64,000 nucleotides of DNA, taken from Antedon mediterranea. Its lineage: Eukaryota > Animalia > Echinodermata. Below are positions 59,295 to 64,000 of the stretch, piece by piece (the first letter of the stretch is position 1; every line of letters begins with the position of its first letter). A program made the translations under genes and the position numbers. Below the pieces are notes generated by a model. That model worked only from the letters and a program-made list of their open reading frames with translations, had not been told where the DNA came from and did no database searches. The stretch lies in assembly GCF_964355755.1 (NCBI RefSeq), contig NC_092674.1:29512001-29576000 (forward strand). Reading direction: 5' to 3'.

Positions 59295-62200
59295 ATGTTT
59301 CTTCTTACATTGTTATGTAGTCTTCTGTGTTCTAGGCAAATCTTAGCTCTTTCAGAAGTTGACAATTTTAATAGTTTTATTATGAAATTCAATAGATCTT
59401 ATGAAATTGGTTCAGAAGAGTACAACAAACGACTTTCTATTTTCAAGGTAGCTGCCAGCACCACTACTTGTAGTAACTAGCCATATTTTAACAGGGGGTT
59501 TTGTTGGGAGGGGAAGAGGTTAATATTATAGTTTATACTGCAATATTAAATATTTAAACACAATTGATTTTGCAGGAAAGCATTGAAAGACAGAGACGGT
59601 TAAACAATGGAAGAAAGGATCCGGATGATGCCAAATATGGCATTAACGATTTTTCCGATTTAACTCCGGAAGAGTTCACACACAAATATCTTGGAGGTTA
59701 TCGGCCAGAACAAATTACTCACCTAGTTGATATACAATTTAAACAGAATTATAATAAAATACCATCTAAATTTACATTGTAAGTTAAAGTCAAAGTAATC
59801 AATTTTATCAATAGAACCGAACCTCTTTCATCAAGGAAGTAATACCTCCAACAAAATTCCCCCCTTGATAAAATGTCCCCTTAATAAAAATGTCCTCTTA
59901 ATAGAAATATCCCTTTTATAGCAGTGTCCTGTGTTAAAGGAGGGGGTACTGGTGTACGTACATAAACACGTAGTATATAATATTATAACACAAACCCTTA
60001 TATTATAATGAAAATTATATAACCACAGATTGGTGTTGGATAATATAAATCTTCTTACGCTAATATTCTCTTAAATATTTATGGTATATATAAAAAGTCA
60101 AAAATAAGTTAATAAAATAAATATTAATATCGTTTGAGAGTATTAATAAATAATAATTCTTTTGAATATAAAATGGGCTAAAAAGAAGAATTGAAATATA
60201 CCAAATTAACATAAACACTACAATTATTACAAATCAAAACACAGTTTGGCCAATAAAACAGCTATCAAATTTAAATTGTTTTTCAGACAAGGTAAAGGAG
60301 TTTTAACATCTGTACGTGACCAAGGGAAGGTAATTAAACTAAATGTTTTAAACACGTAGATAACCATCCGGCTTCTTCTAAGCTCATGTGATGTGATATG
60401 CCCATATATGGACATGATGATGTTATATTACTATCATATTTGAGTGTGTCCCTACCAAATTTGGGGCATATCACATCTTTTGTCAAACTAGTTTGATAGT
60501 GTAGACAGAACTTAAGTCTCTTTCCATTGTTAAATTTTATGGAAGACATGATGTGTTATTATAACTAACAATATGTCATTCATTAAAGATAGTTATTTAT
60601 CATACAGTGTCTGTGACAAAAAGCACACTTCTACCAGTACACTATAGCACTCCCTTAATGTACACCAAGTACCTATAAGTACTGAACAATTATCAGTGTT
60701 AATTAATTGTCTTAAGGTTAAGTACCAGTAGTTTTATTTTATCTATTTGATATCCTTCTTTTTCATTTTAACAGTGCGGAGGTTGCTGGTAAGTAAATAT
60801 AACAACAATTTTATTGGCCAGATGATTGACGTACTCTGACGTAAATCTCACCTTATACTTATTGGTGCAGAATCTAACCCTAACCCTGGCCCTGGGTGCA
60901 AGCTTGTTGGTCTAGAGGTATGAACACCACGCTAGTGATCTGGAGGTCGTGGGTTCCAGTCCGAGATGCAAAGCTACTTAGCTAGTAGTTCACCAATTCC
61001 TCTTCTCCCGGAGATTAGATCTATGTGACTTGTAGATGTTGATGATTCCTAGAAACTATATTTACAGTTTTTTTCATATCACAAACCCCTTGTCAAATCA
61101 CTTGGATAGTACTAGTGTCCATATTGTCACAGGCCTTTCCAATCACAGAGTATGATTCCTACTGGATAAAAATCAATACGCTAACAAATTTCAACAATTT
61201 GTTAAAGATATATTGTCCCCCGGAAAAAATGTTTTTGTTGAAAATACCATTTTAATATCACATAAAATTATTCACTTTTACCAAAAATTTGATAGAAAAA
61301 AATAATTCTTTACCTGAAAAAATATTTTTTTTTAAATGTTTTTATTGAATATGCCATTTTAATATCACATAATAATTATTTAGTTTGACCAAAAACTGGA
61401 TAAAAAAAAAAAATTCTTTACCTGAAAAATTTAACTGAAAAATAATCAAACTGCGAAATGACCTATTCAAAGCCTTTTTTTATTCATCTTTTATTTTTTT
61501 CATCTTTTTATTCTTCTTTTATTCTTCATCTTTTCATGTTTTTTTCGTGACAATACATCTAATATAAAAATCATTTTCCAACAGGGCGTTCAGCATTATT
61601 GAATGTATGGAGACCCAGAGTGCATTAAAAAGTAAGAAGCTTCCTACGTTAAGCCCACAGCAGTTGATTGACTGCGCACAAGGCGGTGGGGATGCGGGTT
61701 GCCATGGCGGAAATGTATGCAATACATTGATGTGGATGAACACAACTGGTTTCAAAGCTGTACATGATAAGGAGTATCCATTCAAAGAAACAACTGGAGC
61801 GTGTAAAAAGATGAGGTTAGAATTTTAAAATGATTTGAAGACAGGCACCATGAGATTAGTTAGCAAGCACCATGCACGATTATTTTTAAAATGCAACCCT
61901 AAAAAATGAATACTTTCTTTCAGTACTGGAATCCTCTCAATCACTGACTACTGGTGCAAAAAGTAAGTAAGCCAGTTATTTTGTAGACATTTTAATTGTA
62001 CACAACCATAGAGATAATCACTATAATATCTCTATGACATAAGACACAGACGTGTCACAGGTGTGACCATATGCTAATTTTGTTTTACCAGTAAGCCAAT
62101 AATAGGCTTTTATAATTTATTTATTATTTATTTCTTTTATGATTTTGATTAGTATGACGGGTAAAGAAGATGCAATGGTGGCTAGCGTATACAACCACGG

Positions 62201-62713
62201 GCCATTGGCTGTGGCAGTAGATGCCTCAACATGGCAAGATTACATAGAGGGCGTTATCCAACATCACTGTTCGCCGAAATTTACCAACCATGCTGTGCAG
62301 ATTGTTGGCTATGACATATCAGGTGAAAATACTACCTTATATCCTCGGGTATAATCCCACTTCGGGTATAATCCCACCCCTACTTTATGTCTGATTTCAC
62401 AACAAACCAATCATTTTTTTCCTGAACCCGGGTATAGTCCCACCACACAAAGTCAGCCCAATTTTGTGTTGGAATATACCAGAGGATATACGGTATATTA
62501 ATATGTGTGTATTAGTATGAGTAAAACTGTATACATTAAACAAACAGCTAGCATTGCAATGTATATTATTTTTGTTTTTCTCTAGGTGGTACACCATACT
62601 ATATTGTTCGGAACTCATGGGGTAAAGACTGGGGGTTAGATGGCTATGTCAAAATCAAGATTGGTGCAAATATGTGTGGCATTGCTACGATAGTAGGCTC
62701 CTTGGATGTGTGA
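59295..62713 (+). CDS. CTSO: Cathepsin O-like papain-family (C1A) cysteine protease, 8 coding exons, 326 aa
   Basis: Exons 59295-59447, 59576-59778, 60287-60329, 60775-60788, 61585-61815, 61924-61962, 62153-62322, 62586-62713. Signal peptide, I29 propeptide ([14 protein letters not shown]), catalytic QGKCGGCWAFS, NHAV, RNSWG. CGGCW and [14 protein letters not shown] are characteristic of cathepsin O. Confidence 0.93.
60381..60512. mobile_element. Harbinger-type MITE copy with a deletion near the left end
   Basis: AGCTC start, family internal sequence, right TIR AGTTTGATAGTGTAGACAGAACT followed by TAA. Confidence 0.8.
60901..60975 (+). pseudogene. tRNA(Pro)-derived pseudogene or SINE head
   Basis: AGCTTGTTGGTCTAGAGGTATGA resembles the tRNA-Pro 5' half GGCTCGTTGGTCTAGGGGTATGA; degenerate B box GGTTCCAGTCC; anticodon arm not intact. 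Confidence 0.55.
62335..62493. mobile_element. Tc1/mariner-pogo-type MITE in cathepsin O intron 7
   Basis: TIRs CCTTATATCCTCGGGTATAATCC and GGAATATACCAGAGGATATACGG flanked by TA on both sides; subterminal GGGTATA(A/G)TCCCAC repeats. Confidence 0.7.
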
Positions 62714-62834
62714 TATTATGCACAAGGTGACACCAACAGTACTATGTTCTAATATAACAAAAGCATTTTATCAACCTGGTGCCAACGTTTTCTTTCTAGA
62801 GATGAAGTTAGTAGATTTAGTTTCTGGCCCTTTA

Positions 62835-63114
62835 ATAATAAATAATATCCTGGATTTATATAGAGCGCATAATGTTGTGAAACCTCTAAGCGCTGAACAT
62901 TATTACCCCGGTCATTTTTGCATCAAACACGTATGGAAACATACACCCATAATGCAGCTAGTAATCAGCGCAAAGTTGTGTCTTGACCTACCCATTTATA
63001 CACCTGGGTGGAGAGAGTATCTTGCCTAAGGATATAAGCAATGCGGCAGAGTTGGATTCGAACCGCGATCTCACGATCAGTAATCCAACGTCCAACACAC
63101 TGCGCCACACACCC
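62835..63114 (-). mobile_element. Full-length tRNA-derived SINE with L2-like tail, antisense and ~120 bp downstream of the cathepsin O stop
   Basis: Minus strand: A box TGGCGCAGTG, B box GGTTCGAATCC, core TCCTTAGGCAAG and CCACCCAGGTGTATAAATGGGTA, tail GCGCTTAGAG...GCGCTCTATATAAAT...(TTA)n. Tail fragments also at about 20252-20310 (+) and 50768-50885 (-). Confidence 0.85.
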
Positions 63115-64000
63115 TTACACCTTTAAACATTATAGGTCATAAGCACTATATTCATTAAGAGTGTGTACCTACCCATGAGTAGAGTAAAGTGACACGTAAT
63201 AGAGTGTAGCCAGTCAAGTTTTACAGCTTGGTGTTTAACAAATGAAAATAAAAATAGATTATATTATAGCGGTAGAACTTCCAGTTAGACAACATTAATT
63301 ATTGATGCAATTGTGAAGGTACACAACTGAAACTAATATTACTTAAAGCCAATTTACACAGACAAGCGGTAACGGTCATAAAAATATGTTATGTTATTCC
63401 TTATGACCATTTACACAAAGTGCGAGTAGTAAATTGAAAAGAAAAATTATAGTAACCAGAATTATAATGTAAATATACAGTATTAGTAGACAGAAAGATG
63501 AGGGGAAAAAAGTGAAAAGTTTCCAATATTTTAAAATTGGACATGATATATTTGATAATTTCTTATTGAAATCATTTTTTAGTCACATAGTGAGTTGTCA
63601 CATATAAAGATTTACAATTAAAATTGTCAAAAATACCGTATTTATTCAAAATAAAGGTAGTAAAGGTATAGACTTTTTTTTGTACACCATAACCACTTTT
63701 TTGATACAATATTTAACCCAGTTTGATACAAGGCAAGCATGTTAACCTCTATCAAATTTGGTTATTCCTATATGATAAATATGAACAATGAAAACATGAA
63801 ACATCACCACAAAATCTCTATGAGAATACAATGTGTTATTATTTATTAAGGCCACTTGTAGGACCAAAATATTATTTTGACCCAGTACAAAAAACAATGT
63901 TCAAAGTGTTCGAATTAACTAGAAAGTGCATCAATGATTATGCACTTCTTTAAAATTAAATTTTCCATTAAACAAGCACTAAGGTATTATAATTACAGTA

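Noticed and set aside
60875-60888. Telomere-like CTAACCCTAACCCT
   Set aside because: Only about two units; expected by chance or from a repeat remnant.
60901-60975. Functional tRNA-Pro gene
   Set aside because: Anticodon and T arms are degenerate; treated as a pseudogene or SINE head.

Overview
AT-rich, intron-containing metazoan genomic DNA, probably a marine invertebrate deuterostome such as an echinoderm (inferred from gene and repeat style, not proven). Four conserved spliced genes can be assembled exon by exon with GT-AG boundaries and consistent phase: a BMP-type R-Smad (Smad1/5/8; +, 198-17997, 448 aa), SQSTM1/p62 (+, 27240-29392, 394 aa), TTC29 (-, 33440-36679, 465 aa) and cathepsin O (+, 59295-62713, 326 aa, with its catalytic Cys on a 14-nt microexon). 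A fifth, 4-exon reading frame missed by the ORF track (+, 49954-51063, 119 aa) resembles a stand-alone MADS/NRF1-type dimerisation module and is the most novel-looking item. Repeats include a near full-length, frameshifted L2/CR1-group LINE (esterase+CCHC ORF1, APE-RT ORF2), a non-autonomous Helentron-like element, a PIF/Harbinger-type MITE family (8 copies), tRNA-derived SINEs, many tandem arrays, and a ~7.3 kb foldback structure of two inverted 106-bp satellite arrays just upstream of cathepsin O. No CRISPR, rRNA or clearly functional tRNA gene. Coordinates were read by eye; repeat boundaries are approximate.
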